Shown piece by piece: positions 30,271 through 41,280 of a stretch of 64,000 nt of DNA. Under the pieces are notes generated by a model, which made no database searches, was not told the origin of the DNA, and saw only the letters and a program-made list of their open reading frames with translations. Both the position numbers and the translations under genes were made by a program. The DNA is from Verrucomicrobiota bacterium (lineage in GTDB: Bacteria > Verrucomicrobiota > Verrucomicrobiia > Limisphaerales > JAEYXS01): the NCBI GenBank assembly GCA_023431185.1, contig JAEYXS010000055.1, positions 3,973-67,972 of the forward strand. Direction: 5' to 3'. Numbering within the stretch: the stretch's first letter is position 1; each line of letters starts with the position of its first letter.

Positions 30271-32052
30271 TTAATACACGTCGCGTTGATAACGCTTGTC
30301 TGACTTCAACTTGGCCACGTAATCCGCCGCCGCTTCTTTTGTTAGGCCACCGAACTTCTCGGCCACTTCATGCAGCGCAGCATCCACGTCTTTCGCCATG
30401 CGCTTGGCGTCACCGCACACGTAGAAGTGCGCACCTTCTTCCAGCCACTTCCACAGCTCTGCGCCGTTTTCCAACATGCGCGTCTGCACATAGATCTTCT
30501 CCTTCTGATCGCGGCTGAACGCCAGGTCCAGACGCGTAAGCGAACCTTCGGCCTGCATCGCGGTCAGCTCCTCTTCGTAGAGGAAATCCGTGGCGCGCGC
30601 TTGATCACCGAAGAAGAGCCAGTTCTTACCCTTGGCACCCGTCGCCTTGCGCTCCTCGAGAAACGCGCGGAACGGTGCGATACCTGTGCCCGGCCCTACC
30701 ATGATAACGGGCTTGTTCGTATCTTCTGGCAGGCGGAAGCCGTGACTCGTCTGGATGAAGACCGGCACCGCCGTGTCATTCAGGATCACACGATCCGCCA
30801 GCCAGCAAGAGGCCACACCCTTCTTGCTGCGGCCATTGTGTTCATAACGCACCGCACCAATGGTCAGATGAACCTCACCCGGATGCGCTTTGGGCGAGGA
30901 GGAGATGGAGTAAAGGCGCGGCTGTAGCTTGCGAAGGAAGCCAGTGAATTCCGTGACGGTGAACTTGGCACCCGCACAGGCACGCAGCACATCCACGATG
31001 TCCTTGCCCCAGAGCCACGCGTCCAAATCCTTCTTCTTGTCCGCCGCCAGCAAGCCGATCAATTCGGCATTATTCGCTTTCTCCACTGCCGCCTTGATAA
31101 ATGACGGTGGTGCTTGAGTGATCACATACGTGCTGACGAGTGCTTCGTGCAACGTGCTGTCCTTGCCGTTGGCGTCCTTCACTTGCTCGTCGCCATTGAA
31201 GTTCAATGCGGCGAGCAGCTCTTCCACCAGCACAGGATCGTTCTTCGGCATCACGCCCAGCGCATCACCCGCCTCGTAGCTCAAGCCGGAACCTTCCAGC
31301 ACGATCTCGAAATGACGCGTGTCCTTCGCAGAACCCGCCTTGTTCAGGCGGCGGTTCGTCTTGAGCAATGCCGGGAACGGGTTGTTGCGCGACCATTTCG
31401 CCGTATCTTTGGCATGGGCAGGATCGGTGACGACTTCCGTAGGAGCTGCAGCTGGCAGTGCAGGCGCTGCCGTGGCGCTCTCCAGCACCGGCCAGACACC
31501 TTCAGTCCACGCCTTCGCCGCCGCTTCGTAATCCACATCGCATTCGCCGCGAGGGACCAAGCGCTTGGCCCCCAAAGCTTCCAGCCGTTCATCGAACTTT
31601 TTGCCAGCACCGCAGAAGTCGCTGTAGTTCTTATCGCCTAAACCCAGCACGGCGTAAGAAAGATTCTCCAGCTTCGGCGCCGTCTCAGCGCTCAGCGCCG
31701 CCCAAAAGTTCACCGCGTTATCCGGCGCATCGCCATCGCCCCAGGTGCTGGTGATGATGACGAACTTCGATTCCTTCGCGAGATCGGCGGGCGAGATCTT
31801 GTTTAGCTCGCTGATCTTCGGCAGGAAACCGCGCTTCTCCGCCTCTTTGCCAAGCTTCTTGGCCAGGCCTTCGGCGGAACCGGTCTGTGAGCCGAAGCCG
31901 ATCAAGAGCGGTTGCTTCGGCTTAGCTTCCACGGGTGTGCCCGCCGGCATCGGCGCACCACTAGCGAGCAGGCCTGCGAGGTAACCATTGAGCCACGCAC
32001 GTTGTTCCGGCGTGAAGGGAGCGTTTTCAGGGAGTGTAGGAATCAAGTTCAT
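30271..32052 (-). CDS. CysJ-like NADPH-dependent diflavin reductase (flavodoxin + FAD/NADPH domains)
   Basis: The FMN domain shows LLIGFGSQTGSAEGLAKKL. FAD motif: RLYSISSSP. NADPH motif: PVIMVGPGTGIAPFRAF. The C-terminus is RYQRDVY. The start ATG overlaps the cupin stop (ATGA). Confidence 0.8.
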   Translation of the reverse strand: MNLIPTLPENAPFTPEQRAWLNGYLAGLLASGAPMPAGTPVEAKPKQPLLIGFGSQTGSAEGLAKKLGKEAEKRGFLPKISELNKISPADLAKESKFVIITSTWGDGDAPDNAVNFWAALSAETAPKLENLSYAVLGLGDKNYSDFCGAGKKFDERLEALGAKRLVPRGECDVDYEAAAKAWTEGVWPVLESATAAPALPAAAPTEVVTDPAHAKDTAKWSRNNPFPALLKTNRRLNKAGSAKDTRHFEIVLEGSGLSYEAGDALGVMPKNDPVLVEELLAALNFNGDEQVKDANGKDSTLHEALVSTYVITQAPPSFIKAAVEKANNAELIGLLAADKKKDLDAWLWGKDIVDVLRACAGAKFTVTEFTGFLRKLQPRLYSISSSPKAHPGEVHLTIGAVRYEHNGRSKKGVASCWLADRVILNDTAVPVFIQTSHGFRLPEDTNKPVIMVGPGTGIAPFRAFLEERKATGAKGKNWLFFGDQARATDFLYEEELTAMQAEGSLTRLDLAFSRDQKEKIYVQTRMLENGAELWKWLEEGAHFYVCGDAKRMAKDVDAALHEVAEKFGGLTKEAAADYVAKLKSDKRYQRDVY

Positions 32053-32399
32053 GCTACTGCCTTTGCCCAACCGATTTCGGGAGCGGAATAAATGGAGAGG
32101 AATACTGCATCTTCGGTGCCTTCGTTCACGGCACCATGGATTTCATTGTGACTGGCCACATCGAGTTCACCCGCACGGATGACCCTGCGTTCACCATTGC
32201 CCATGAGGTAAGTCAGTTCACCGCGCATCATCACCCACGTGTCCTGCCCGCTTGGATGCGTATGCGTCGGCACCTTCTGGCCGGGCCGCACGCACCACAC
32301 CGCGATGCGCGAATGCGGTGTCACCACAATCTCTTTCACCACCGCCGCCTTATCCGAGAAGCGGACGAACTGATTAACGTTGAAGATGCGGTTACTCAT
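32049..32399 (-). CDS. Cupin domain protein
   Basis: Contains [18 protein letters not shown]...HGAVN cupin motifs. The start overlaps the nasA stop by 8 nt and the stop overlaps the cysJ-like start. Confidence 0.7.
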   Translation of the reverse strand: MSNRIFNVNQFVRFSDKAAVVKEIVVTPHSRIAVWCVRPGQKVPTHTHPSGQDTWVMMRGELTYLMGNGERRVIRAGELDVASHNEIHGAVNEGTEDAVFLSIYSAPEIGWAKAVA

Positions 32400-34692
32400 G
32401 GTCAGGCACAGAGATGGTTTCGAGATAAGCTGGACCGCCAGCAGAGATCGCTTCCACGCGCACAGCGCAGTGCTTGTAGCTGGGCTGGCGCGAATAGGGA
32501 TCAAACTCCGCCTTAGTGAGCCGGTTCGTCACGCCATAGTGCATGGGAATGAACACCTGCCCGGGTTGCACCGACGTGGTGATAAACGCCGTGCATTGGA
32601 CACGCCCACGACGGGAAATTACCGCCACTGTGGAATTAGGCGTGATACCCAGCCGTGCCGCATCGACCGGATTCAGTTCCACGTAAGCGTTCGCAGGATA
32701 GAGCGTTTGCAGTACAGCGGATTTGCCCGTGCGCGTTTGCGTATGCCACTGCGCCGAAGTCCCACGGCCCGTGAGCAAAATAAAAGGATACTCGGGCGTC
32801 GCAGGCTCGGCCACTGGTCGGGGAGGTTCAAAAAGGAAGCGTGCCTTGCCATCCGGCGTGAAGTAATGCCCGTCAGCGAACAAACGACGCTCGGCAAGGT
32901 GCGAAGTTTGAGGTGCGAAGTGCGAACCTCCCCCAGTTCCATTCGTCCCTCGCCCCTCTCCCCTCGCCCCTTCCGGGAGCGGCCATTGGATGCCGCCACT
33001 CTCATCGAGATGCGCGTAATCACGGATACCGGTGATATCGCAGGGCCGGTTCGCCGAAAAACGTTTCAGGATCTGGAACGCTGCTTCTGGCGAGGTCCAT
33101 TCCCGAAACAAATCCTCGCAGCCCCAATAGTGAGCGATGAGGCGGAAGATATTGAAATCACTCAGGGCCAGTCCCGGAGCCACGGAGACTTTCTTCACCA
33201 GACCGAAACGGCGCTCGCTGTTGATGAACGTCCCTTCCTTCTCGCCCCAACCGGCAGCGGGCAAAACCATATGTGCCTGCTGCGCGGTCTCCGTGGTAGC
33301 ATACATGTCCTGCACCACGAGGAAATCGAGCTTGCTCGCCAGTTCGCGGAAATTCCGCTGGTTCACCCAGGAGTGCGAAGTGTTCGTGGCGATGACCCAC
33401 AGGCCTTTGATCTTGCCCTGCGCGATGCCGTCCACGATCTGGTCATAGGCCCAGGAGTTCTTTTGCGGAATACGCTCTTCTGGAATCTGAAGCAGACTTG
33501 CTATATCCGCACGGTCTTCCGCCTTCAGGAAATCACGGCCACCCGGCAAGCCCGTGACATTGGCGAAGAGACGCGAGCCCATCGCATTACATTGGCCGGT
33601 AACGGAATTGGCTCCGGTGCCCGGACGCCCCATGTTGCCGGTCATCAGCGCGAGGTTGATGATGGCTTGGGCGGTGCGCGTGGCTTCGTGGCTTTGGTTC
33701 ACCCCCATCGTCCACCAGAATGAGACGGCCTTGCCCTTGCCGATGCTCTCGGCACAGTGATAAAGCTCACCCACCGTCAGACCCGTCTCCGCCGCCACCT
33801 TGTCCGGTGTGAACTGGCGGACGAACTCGGCGAAATCATGGAAACCAGTCGTGTGATGCGTGATGTAAGCGAGTTTGATCCAGTGATTCTGGATCAGGAG
33901 ATTCGCCAGCCCGTAGAGCAGCGTGAGATCGGACTTGGGTTGCAATGCCAGATGCTGCGTGGCCGCCGCCGCTGTCTCCGTGCGGCGGGGATCGATGACG
34001 ATGATCTGGGGCTTGTGCTTGTTCCGGAGCACCCGCTGCCACATGATGGGATGCGCGATACAGAGATTCGAGCCGATGAATACCAACACATCAGACTCTT
34101 CGAAATCCGCGTACGTGTATGGCGGCGCGTCGAAACCGAAGCTCTGCTTGTAAGCCACGTGCGAGGTGGCCATGCATTGGCGCGTATTGGAATCGCAATG
34201 CAGACCACCCATGCCGAACTTGAAGAGCGTGCCAAGGAAGGCCATCTCCTCCGTGCATATCTGGCCGGTGCTGAGGAAGGCGACACTCTCGTTGCCGTGC
34301 TGCGCCATGATATCCTTGAAACGGCTCGTGAAGAGCTTCATCGCCTCATCCCACGTGGCGGGATGAAGTTCGCCGCGCTCATCGCGGATAAGCGGGCTGG
34401 TGGCCCGATCGGACGCGTAAAGCGGTGTGAGCGCCTCCCAACCTTTCGGACAGGCCATGCCAAGATTCACGGGATAACCGCTGCTCGGGCTCAGGTTCAC
34501 GGCCGCGCCATCCTTCAGATGGATGTCCAGCGAGCAGCCCGTGGAACAGAACCCGCAAACACTGCGCGTGGTGGCGTCCGGTTTCAACCGGGCCGGCACG
34601 TTGCCCAACCCGAATTCACCGGGCCGCAACAGCAGTTCGGCAGTCAAAGGACCGTGCCACTGGCGCAGAAGTGTATTGGGCTGTTCGTTCAT
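32392..34692 (-). CDS. nasA: Assimilatory nitrate reductase catalytic subunit (molybdopterin oxidoreductase, NasA/NarB type)
   Basis: The N-terminal 4Fe-4S motif is [10 protein letters not shown], there is no Tat signal, and MGD-binding domains are present. The gene sits in a nitrate transport/nitrite reductase context. Confidence 0.85.
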   Translation of the reverse strand: MNEQPNTLLRQWHGPLTAELLLRPGEFGLGNVPARLKPDATTRSVCGFCSTGCSLDIHLKDGAAVNLSPSSGYPVNLGMACPKGWEALTPLYASDRATSPLIRDERGELHPATWDEAMKLFTSRFKDIMAQHGNESVAFLSTGQICTEEMAFLGTLFKFGMGGLHCDSNTRQCMATSHVAYKQSFGFDAPPYTYADFEESDVLVFIGSNLCIAHPIMWQRVLRNKHKPQIIVIDPRRTETAAAATQHLALQPKSDLTLLYGLANLLIQNHWIKLAYITHHTTGFHDFAEFVRQFTPDKVAAETGLTVGELYHCAESIGKGKAVSFWWTMGVNQSHEATRTAQAIINLALMTGNMGRPGTGANSVTGQCNAMGSRLFANVTGLPGGRDFLKAEDRADIASLLQIPEERIPQKNSWAYDQIVDGIAQGKIKGLWVIATNTSHSWVNQRNFRELASKLDFLVVQDMYATTETAQQAHMVLPAAGWGEKEGTFINSERRFGLVKKVSVAPGLALSDFNIFRLIAHYWGCEDLFREWTSPEAAFQILKRFSANRPCDITGIRDYAHLDESGGIQWPLPEGARGEGRGTNGTGGGSHFAPQTSHLAERRLFADGHYFTPDGKARFLFEPPRPVAEPATPEYPFILLTGRGTSAQWHTQTRTGKSAVLQTLYPANAYVELNPVDAARLGITPNSTVAVISRRGRVQCTAFITTSVQPGQVFIPMHYGVTNRLTKAEFDPYSRQPSYKHCAVRVEAISAGGPAYLETISVPDHE

Positions 34693-36377
34693 AATCCTCC
34701 CGGCATCTTGCGTGCGACTTCGGCAACGAAATAAAGATGGCGCTCCAGCAGTTCACCCAGCAGGCAGAAACCGAAAACCAACGCCGCCATGCCCGCCAAC
34801 GGCGTACCGGACAAGAGCAATAGTAACGGCATTACCAGGCCACCGATTGCAGCGAGTGTTAGACGGCCCCGGAAGATCTCACTGAGCGGGCGCAACAGAT
34901 GAAGACGTGCGGATTTGCTCAACGGCGCATCCGGCGTGTGCTGATGGCTGGCAAAGATGGAGCATTCCACAGCCAGCTTCAGGGCCATGAGCAATCCCGT
35001 CATCGCGACCAGCACCATCCGGTCGCTGCCAGCAGGCATAAATATCATGATGCCAGTCCAGCCGAGCAGCAGCGCGGTGAGACCAAACTTGGGGAAGCTT
35101 AAAGACGCCTTCCAGAAAGGCCGCCGGGTATCCACATAGATCATCGCGGAGCAGAAAACCGCCACCAGACCGACCCCGGCCGCAATCCAAGCGGTCCACG
35201 ACTGCAAGAGCACGGCGTGCAAGCCCAGCGCACCAACGAATTTGCCGAAGACGATCAGCTCACGGCTCAGCCAGGATTTCCGCCAGCCCAGAAAACCGCG
35301 CCAAGCCTTAAGCGGCTGGCCGAGGTGCAAGGTGCCCGCGACCATGCCGATCACCGAGATGATCAGGGCGAAGATTGTCTGTGATCGGTTTGCCAGGCCA
35401 TTGATTGCTTCAAACAAACTCATGCCCACGCCAGCTTGTGTCAGCACCAGCATGATGGTGAGGGGCAGATGCGCTTTGCCCGGGCGCACTTCATGGCTGT
35501 CGCCAGAGACCAGTTCAGCCACCGGTTGACGGGAGCGATAACGCGTCGTCGGCACCGTGATGGCCGCATCCGGTGAGCTAGGGAGAAATCTTGGAATGAC
35601 AGGCGCCACCGCATGAATGTTGAAGGAATGGCCATTGGTCACATGCCCATTCAAAGGGGATGACGTTTTCTCCGCTTTGGAAAGCAGGAGCATATCGTTC
35701 TTCTTGCGATAGCCGGTGATGATCTCCGCCTTGTCCACCACGGCGATGCGAATAGCTTCGTTTGGACAAGCTTGCACGCAAGCCGGAGCTTCACCCACGC
35801 CGAGACGGTTCGCGCACATGTCGCACTTGCGCACGATTCCCAGACGTTCCGAATACTTCGGCACGTCGTAGGGACACTTCATCACGCAGTACTGGCAGCC
35901 GATGCATTGGTCGTCCAGATGCCGCACGATGCCCGTCAGCGGGTCCTTGTCGTAAGCGAGCACCGGGCAGCCGTTCAGACAGCCCGGATCAGCACAATGA
36001 TGACAGGCGGTCGTGACGTGCTTGTGAAATGACTTGGGTTGCAGGATGGAGACTTCATCCGGCTCCTCCTTGACCGGTGGCGGGACCAACAGACCAACCC
36101 CGCGCCATGTTTCATTCTCATCCAGCCCGTTCAATGAGTGGCAGGCTGTCACGCATGCCTTGCAGCCGGAGCAGACGTCCAAATCCACATCAAAAGCGTA
36201 TTGCTCTCCCGGACCCGGCGGCTGCGCGGGCAACAGGCTTCGGTAATGCGCCTCCATGGCGGGCCCACTGCGCCCCTCGTGCCAGTTGGCAAACCGCTCG
36301 ACAGCAGTAAGCGACCGTTGCTCGGCGAGCAACTGGTCGATCAACGTCATTTTCGGTTCTTCAGCCACAGTGATCAT
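34689..36377 (-). CDS. Fusion protein: DmsB-like 4x[4Fe-4S] ferredoxin domain + DmsC-like membrane anchor domain
   Basis: Cys clusters [35 protein letters not shown] and CDMC...CVQACP. The C-terminal ~300 aa have about 8 TM helices and [21 protein letters not shown] (DmsC signature). The stop overlaps the nasA start (ATGA). Confidence 0.75.
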   Translation of the reverse strand: MITVAEEPKMTLIDQLLAEQRSLTAVERFANWHEGRSGPAMEAHYRSLLPAQPPGPGEQYAFDVDLDVCSGCKACVTACHSLNGLDENETWRGVGLLVPPPVKEEPDEVSILQPKSFHKHVTTACHHCADPGCLNGCPVLAYDKDPLTGIVRHLDDQCIGCQYCVMKCPYDVPKYSERLGIVRKCDMCANRLGVGEAPACVQACPNEAIRIAVVDKAEIITGYRKKNDMLLLSKAEKTSSPLNGHVTNGHSFNIHAVAPVIPRFLPSSPDAAITVPTTRYRSRQPVAELVSGDSHEVRPGKAHLPLTIMLVLTQAGVGMSLFEAINGLANRSQTIFALIISVIGMVAGTLHLGQPLKAWRGFLGWRKSWLSRELIVFGKFVGALGLHAVLLQSWTAWIAAGVGLVAVFCSAMIYVDTRRPFWKASLSFPKFGLTALLLGWTGIMIFMPAGSDRMVLVAMTGLLMALKLAVECSIFASHQHTPDAPLSKSARLHLLRPLSEIFRGRLTLAAIGGLVMPLLLLLSGTPLAGMAALVFGFCLLGELLERHLYFVAEVARKMPGGL

Positions 36378-36461
36378 GGTCAGCGCATAGGCGCTACCCT
36401 TCTTTCAGCATGCCGAGGGCCTAAGCCTCAAATCACTCCGTTCATATTTTTGTAAAATTAC

Positions 36462-36476
36462 ATGAATTTTGTTCAT
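36462..36476. promoter_or_regulatory. Dyad ATGAA-N5-TTCAT (T-N11-A type) upstream of the nas operon
   Basis: The sequence atgaattttgttcat lies 85 nt upstream of the FeS::DmsC start. The same dyad occurs at 42841-42855 and 44366-44380. Confidence 0.55.
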
Positions 36477-36730
36477 ATATAGCCAATCTGCCTGATAGGC
36501 ATGAATTTGAGGGGCAAAGAGGGGTAAAAAGCGGGAATAACCTAATGTGCCAGATGGAGTTGGAATGTTTAAATGGCCATTAAATGACTGTTGTTTTTCG
36601 TCCATCCTGACCAGCTTGCACAGTACTGCCAGATACACTTCCGCCCGTTCAGCCGACAGGGCCAAACGGGCGGAGTGGGCGTTTCCGGATGCACGCCGGA
36701 TCCGCGCGGAGGAACCGCAGACCGAAAGGC

Positions 36731-38200
36731 TTAGAAGCTGAAATTCGTCTGCACGTAAACGTAGTTCGCGTCCTTCGAACCGAAGGCCGCGCCGCTCAGC
36801 GATTGCTTCACGTAATCACCGCGGAAGAAGTGGCAGTAGGCCGCTTCCACCGTGATGTGCGGGGAGACCGCATAGGTCACCACGAGATCCAGTTCCGAGC
36901 CCACATAGCTGCTGTAGGTCGGATTGATGCCGTAGCCTGTACCACCAGGGGTGGCCGCGATGCCGCCACGACGGGCACCCGTCACGGCGTAGAAGTTGTC
37001 ACTCGTGTCCGCGAGCCAGAAAAACTGGCCTTCGAGCAGGACCGTCAGGCGAGGCAGCGGCTTGATGGAGGTCTGCAGACGGACGTTATGGATGTTCTGG
37101 AGCGAGACGAAATCCATGAACCCGTAGAACTTGTGGTTCGTGGGGAAAAGGTTCTCGAATGTCTCGTGTTTGCCATCCGTAGCGTTACCGTCACCCGAGG
37201 CAAAATTGTATTCCAAACCGAGCCGCGGCGTCATGGCCATGTCCGCGAAGGTGTAACCGCCACCGGCGAAGATCGCATAAGCCTCATGGCTTAAGCTGCT
37301 CGTTGCAGCGGGCAGCGCCGGATCATTGAAATGACCGAACTGCCCCATAAGCTCGTAGGTATAATCCCAGTTGCCGATGTCGCCGGGATTCGACTTGCCG
37401 CGGATACCAATGGTGTAGATGTCGCGCGCCGAGGGCGTAGGCACCAGTCCGCCCAGTTGCAGAGTCGGTGATTTGGCGTTGGCGTTGCGTGAGAGGAAGT
37501 AGATGTCCGTGCTCTGCTTCGGCACTTTCTTGGTGGTCGCGTAGATACCGGAGAAGGTCTCGTATTCGTTCGAGACGTTGAAATTGTTGTCGTCCGGAAC
37601 CACCAGGCGGCTGGTGAACATGTCCGCGGCGAACCACGGATTCTGCCAGCGAAGCTTGGCGGCATCGAAGGTGCGGCCGATATTGTTCCACGCGAAGGCA
37701 CCGACGAGGCGCTCATCACCGTAGGACAACTCCTGGCGACCAATCTTCAAGGAGACCGGAAACTCCTTGTGGTTGCCGATGGTCACGAATGCCTGATGCA
37801 AATCGATCGGACCGTCGGATTCAGGATTCGGATTGCGGTCGTCCCCGGTGCTGCTGCTGTGGCGGCCTTCCACCATGGCGCTGAACCATTCGCCGGTGTA
37901 GCCGACGCGGGGACGCACGCGGGTGAGCAGATAGGAATTATCCACATCAGCACCCGTCGCCCGGAAGTCCAAGGAACCAGGTGCGCCGGCGATGACGATG
38001 TTGTCTTTCACCTCATAACGGAGGCGAACTTGAGCCCCGATATCCCAGGCGGCCATGTAAGGATCATCTTTGCGCAGGTAGTCATTGAGAAAGCCCTGGC
38101 TCGGGCGCACCGGTGCGGTGACAGTGTAATCACCGGCATACAAGGAACTGGCGGCAGCCAGGACAAAGGCGCTGGTGAGGAGTGTGGTCGTGTGTTTCAT
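36731..38200 (-). CDS. Outer-membrane porin, alginate-export (AlgE-like) family
   Basis: A signal MKHTTTLLTSAFVLAAASSLYA, beta-strand alternation throughout, and a C-terminal ...YVYVQTNFSF. Confidence 0.65.
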   Translation of the reverse strand: MKHTTTLLTSAFVLAAASSLYAGDYTVTAPVRPSQGFLNDYLRKDDPYMAAWDIGAQVRLRYEVKDNIVIAGAPGSLDFRATGADVDNSYLLTRVRPRVGYTGEWFSAMVEGRHSSSTGDDRNPNPESDGPIDLHQAFVTIGNHKEFPVSLKIGRQELSYGDERLVGAFAWNNIGRTFDAAKLRWQNPWFAADMFTSRLVVPDDNNFNVSNEYETFSGIYATTKKVPKQSTDIYFLSRNANAKSPTLQLGGLVPTPSARDIYTIGIRGKSNPGDIGNWDYTYELMGQFGHFNDPALPAATSSLSHEAYAIFAGGGYTFADMAMTPRLGLEYNFASGDGNATDGKHETFENLFPTNHKFYGFMDFVSLQNIHNVRLQTSIKPLPRLTVLLEGQFFWLADTSDNFYAVTGARRGGIAATPGGTGYGINPTYSSYVGSELDLVVTYAVSPHITVEAAYCHFFRGDYVKQSLSGAAFGSKDANYVYVQTNFSF

Positions 38201-38225
38201 GCTGGCGTTTTCTGGGGGGTTGGGT

Positions 38226-39137
38226 TCAGACGGAGTGAACTAAAGCTTCTTTGGAGACGGGAGAATTGACGGGCGGCGTCACCGTTGTCTTCTGGGCAGG
38301 CGGTTGCGCCGGAGTGGAAGCGGGCGGTGGCGCGGAGTGCGCCGCCTGCTTGTGCTTGTTCTTGTGCGCGTGAATCTCGAGGAACTCGATGAGGCGTTCG
38401 CGCAACGGGTAGTAATCCGGATGCTCCATCACGGCTTTGCGCTCGCGCGGACGGGGGAAATTCACTTCGATGATATCGCCCACTTCTGCTTCCGGCCCAT
38501 CCGTCATGCACACGATACGATCGCTCAGGAAGAGCGCCTCATCCACGTCATGCGTGACCATGAGCGCGGTCTTCTTATCTCGGCGCCAAAGCTCAATGAG
38601 CACCTGCTGCAACTCGTAACGCGTGAGCGAGTCGAGCATGCCGAAGGGTTCATCCAGCAGCAGCATCTTAGGCGAGAGCGCAAAGGCGCGGGCGATGCCC
38701 ACACGTTGACGCATGCCTTGCGAAAGTTCAGCGGGCTTCTTGTGCATCGAATCACCCAGACCGACGACTGTGAGATAATACTCCACGATCTGGTCGCGCT
38801 CTTCCTTGTCAGCCGTGTAGAAGACCTGGTCCACACCCAGCTTCACGTTCTCGAACGCGGTCATCCAAGGCAACAGGCAGGGCGATTGGAACACCACCCC
38901 GCGATCTGGAGCAGCGCCAATCAGCTCTTTGCCGGCGAGAATGATACCGCCTCCGGTGATGTCGTTCAGACCGGCGAGCATCGAGAGCACGGTGGACTTG
39001 CCGCAGCCCGAATGGCCGATGAGCGTGATGAACTCGCCCTTCTTGATGTTGAGGTTGAAATCCTTGACGACGGCCACCGGCCCTTTGGGCGTCGGATAGA
39101 TCTTCGTCAGATTGGAAAGCTGCACATAGTCGCTCAT
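38226..39137 (-). CDS. nrtD: Nitrate/bicarbonate-type ABC transporter ATP-binding protein
   Basis: Walker A is [11 protein letters not shown], the signature is LSQGMRQRV and Walker B is LLLDEPFG. This is the last ATPase gene of the nrtABCD-like operon. Confidence 0.8.
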   Translation of the reverse strand: MSDYVQLSNLTKIYPTPKGPVAVVKDFNLNIKKGEFITLIGHSGCGKSTVLSMLAGLNDITGGGIILAGKELIGAAPDRGVVFQSPCLLPWMTAFENVKLGVDQVFYTADKEERDQIVEYYLTVVGLGDSMHKKPAELSQGMRQRVGIARAFALSPKMLLLDEPFGMLDSLTRYELQQVLIELWRRDKKTALMVTHDVDEALFLSDRIVCMTDGPEAEVGDIIEVNFPRPRERKAVMEHPDYYPLRERLIEFLEIHAHKNKHKQAAHSAPPPASTPAQPPAQKTTVTPPVNSPVSKEALVHSV

Positions 39138-40051
39138 ACTTCGACCTCCACTTTCTCGACTTTCACTTCACTGCGGCGACGAGGCCGGGGCTTGGGACCA
39201 AACAGTTCGCGGGTGATGGACAGATCCTCGGGCTCGATGTCCGGCAGGACCAGCTTCTTGGTCACGGCGGCAGTGCGCTGCTGGCGGGAGCTCAAAAGGA
39301 AATCAACGACCTCACGGCGGATGCGCTTGAACACCGGGTCATGATTGATGGCCTTGCGGTCACGCGGACGCTCGATGTCCACCTGGAAGGAAGGTCCGAG
39401 TGTGGCATTCGGTCCGGCGGTCAGCGGGATAATGCGGTCGGCGAGGTAGATGCCCTCATCCGGATCGTTCGTGATGAGTACCACCGTCTTCTTGTTCTCC
39501 TGCCAGATGCGGGAAATCTCATCCTGCAACGTGGCGCGGGTCAGCGCGTCCAGAGCACCGAGTGGTTCATCCAGCAAAAGGATTTGCGGGTCCATCGCGA
39601 GCGCACGGGCCACGCTCACGCGCTGGCGCATACCGCCGGAAAGTTCGCTGGGCTTCTTATCGCGCGCCGGAGTGAGATTTACCATGCCGATGTAACGCTC
39701 CACGTGCTGCTGCTTCTTGGCAGCCGCCCAGTTGGGGAAAACCTGATCCACGGCCAGATAGATGTTTTCGTAAACGCTCAACCACGGCAGCAGCGAGTAG
39801 TTCTGGAATACCACACCGCGATCCGGACCGGGTTCTTTGATCTCCAGATCGTTCAGCGTCACCGTGCCGGTATCAGGATGGATGAGCCCCGCGATCATGT
39901 TCATCAAGGTGCTCTTGCCGGCGCCGGAGTAACCGACGATGGCCACGAACTCGCCCTTCTCGATGCTCAGGTTCAAATCCTTGAGCACCTCGTTGCGCTG
40001 GCCCTTGGCACCGAAGCCCTTGTTGACGTTTTTTAGTTCAAGAAATGCCAT
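39134..40051 (-). CDS. nrtC: Nitrate ABC transporter ATP-binding protein (short form, no C-terminal NrtA-like domain)
   Basis: Walker A is GYSGAGKST, the signature is LSGGMRQRV and Walker B is LLLDEPLG. The stop overlaps the nrtD start. Confidence 0.75.
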   Translation of the reverse strand: MAFLELKNVNKGFGAKGQRNEVLKDLNLSIEKGEFVAIVGYSGAGKSTLMNMIAGLIHPDTGTVTLNDLEIKEPGPDRGVVFQNYSLLPWLSVYENIYLAVDQVFPNWAAAKKQQHVERYIGMVNLTPARDKKPSELSGGMRQRVSVARALAMDPQILLLDEPLGALDALTRATLQDEISRIWQENKKTVVLITNDPDEGIYLADRIIPLTAGPNATLGPSFQVDIERPRDRKAINHDPVFKRIRREVVDFLLSSRQQRTAAVTKKLVLPDIEPEDLSITRELFGPKPRPRRRSEVKVEKVEVEV

Positions 40052-40077
40052 GGCATTCAGAGTTAAGGATTTTTGCC

Positions 40078-40917
40078 TTAAGCGGTCTTGAAACGGCGTT
40101 CCACCACGCTCATCAGACGGTCGAGGACGAACCCGACCACACCGATCATGAGGATGCAGAGGATGATCTGCTCGTAGATGAGCGCATTATACTGCTGCCA
40201 GAGGAAGCCGCCTACACCCGGACGGCCGGTGAGCATCTCGGCGGCCACGATCACGAGCCACGCGATACCCAGGCTCAGGCGGAAACCGGTGAACATGTAA
40301 GGCAGCGTGGCCGGGATCATCACCTTGGTGAGCGTCTTCCAGCGGGAGAGTTTCAAGACCTTGGCGACGTTCAAGTAATCTTGCGGGATGGCGCGCACGC
40401 CCACCGCCGTGTTCAACACGGTCGGCCACATGGCGCAGATGGCGATGGTGAAGAGCGCCGCGAGGTCACTCGCATTCTTGCCCGCACCGAGGAAGAGCAC
40501 CATGCCGAGCGGCAACCACGCGAGCGGCGAGACCGGGCGCAGCACCTGGATGATCGGGTCAGCCATCTTGGTGAAGGATTTCGACAGCCCCAGGAAGAAC
40601 CCAAGCGGCGTGCCGATGAGGAGCGCGATGAAGTAGCCCTTGGCCACCAAGATCAGCGAGAGCCAGGTGAAACGCAGGATGCCCTGGTCCAACTCGCCGC
40701 GATGCGCGAACGGCTCCATCACGTAGGGCTTGCTGGATTCCCACGTCTCTTTGACGTTAGGCAGCGCAGCGATGGCACCGACACGTTCTTCCGAGATGAC
40801 ATTACCTTCGGCGTCCTTGACGACCACCTTCTTGCCCGCAAGCAAGTGCCAGCCACCGACCACGATCAAGGCACCGATCAAGGGCAGGATCAACCAGTCC
40901 AGTTTGAATGATTTCAT
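40078..40917 (-). CDS. nrtB: Nitrate ABC transporter permease
   Basis: A 279-aa protein with 6 TM helices and an EAA-like loop (AVGVRAIPQDYLNVAKVLKLS), typical of NrtB/SsuC permeases. Confidence 0.8.
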   Translation of the reverse strand: MKSFKLDWLILPLIGALIVVGGWHLLAGKKVVVKDAEGNVISEERVGAIAALPNVKETWESSKPYVMEPFAHRGELDQGILRFTWLSLILVAKGYFIALLIGTPLGFFLGLSKSFTKMADPIIQVLRPVSPLAWLPLGMVLFLGAGKNASDLAALFTIAICAMWPTVLNTAVGVRAIPQDYLNVAKVLKLSRWKTLTKVMIPATLPYMFTGFRLSLGIAWLVIVAAEMLTGRPGVGGFLWQQYNALIYEQIILCILMIGVVGFVLDRLMSVVERRFKTA

Positions 40918-40936
40918 AGATTCTAAAGAGTTAAAG

Positions 40937-41254
40937 TCAGCGGGAGGATTCAGCGTTCAGGGATTCACCATGGGAGACAACGGACGGACAGGTTTGCCTC
41001 CCGTCATTCTCCGACTGCTTCTCCACCCAGGTGGCGGCAGCGGAAACAAGCGCCACACTGGAGGTGACCAGCGGAGAGATAATCGTTTTGAAAAGGGTCA
41101 GGCCGGTGGCCTGATGATGATACCAGACATCCCCTTGATTGAGGACGGCCTGCAAGACCCCCACCGGCAAACCAACCTTCAGGACGCGCATCCAAACGGT
41201 GCGCTGACGCATCGCTGCGAGCCAGAGGTTACGGTTGCCGGTGGAGGGTTTCAT
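40937..41254 (-). CDS. nrtS: Small membrane protein resembling the NrtS nitrate/nitrite transporter family
   Basis: A 105-aa protein. The pattern ...VLKVGLPVGVLQAVLNQGD...FKTIISPLVTSSVALVSA fits the two-TM NrtS layout as I recall it, and the gene sits between nrtA and nrtB. Confidence 0.5.
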   Translation of the reverse strand: MKPSTGNRNLWLAAMRQRTVWMRVLKVGLPVGVLQAVLNQGDVWYHHQATGLTLFKTIISPLVTSSVALVSAAATWVEKQSENDGRQTCPSVVSHGESLNAESSR

Positions 41255-41280
41255 ATTCTTATCACAGTTTCGGTTTCGGA

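Noticed and set aside
28495-32052. Interpreting the hemoprotein plus CysJ-like pair simply as assimilatory sulfite reductase CysJI.
   Set aside because: The cluster-binding motif is CPNSCAQ (NirA type) rather than the CysI-type CPNGC. The genes are translationally coupled to nasA within a nitrate transport cluster. The alternative remains testable and is listed under that finding.
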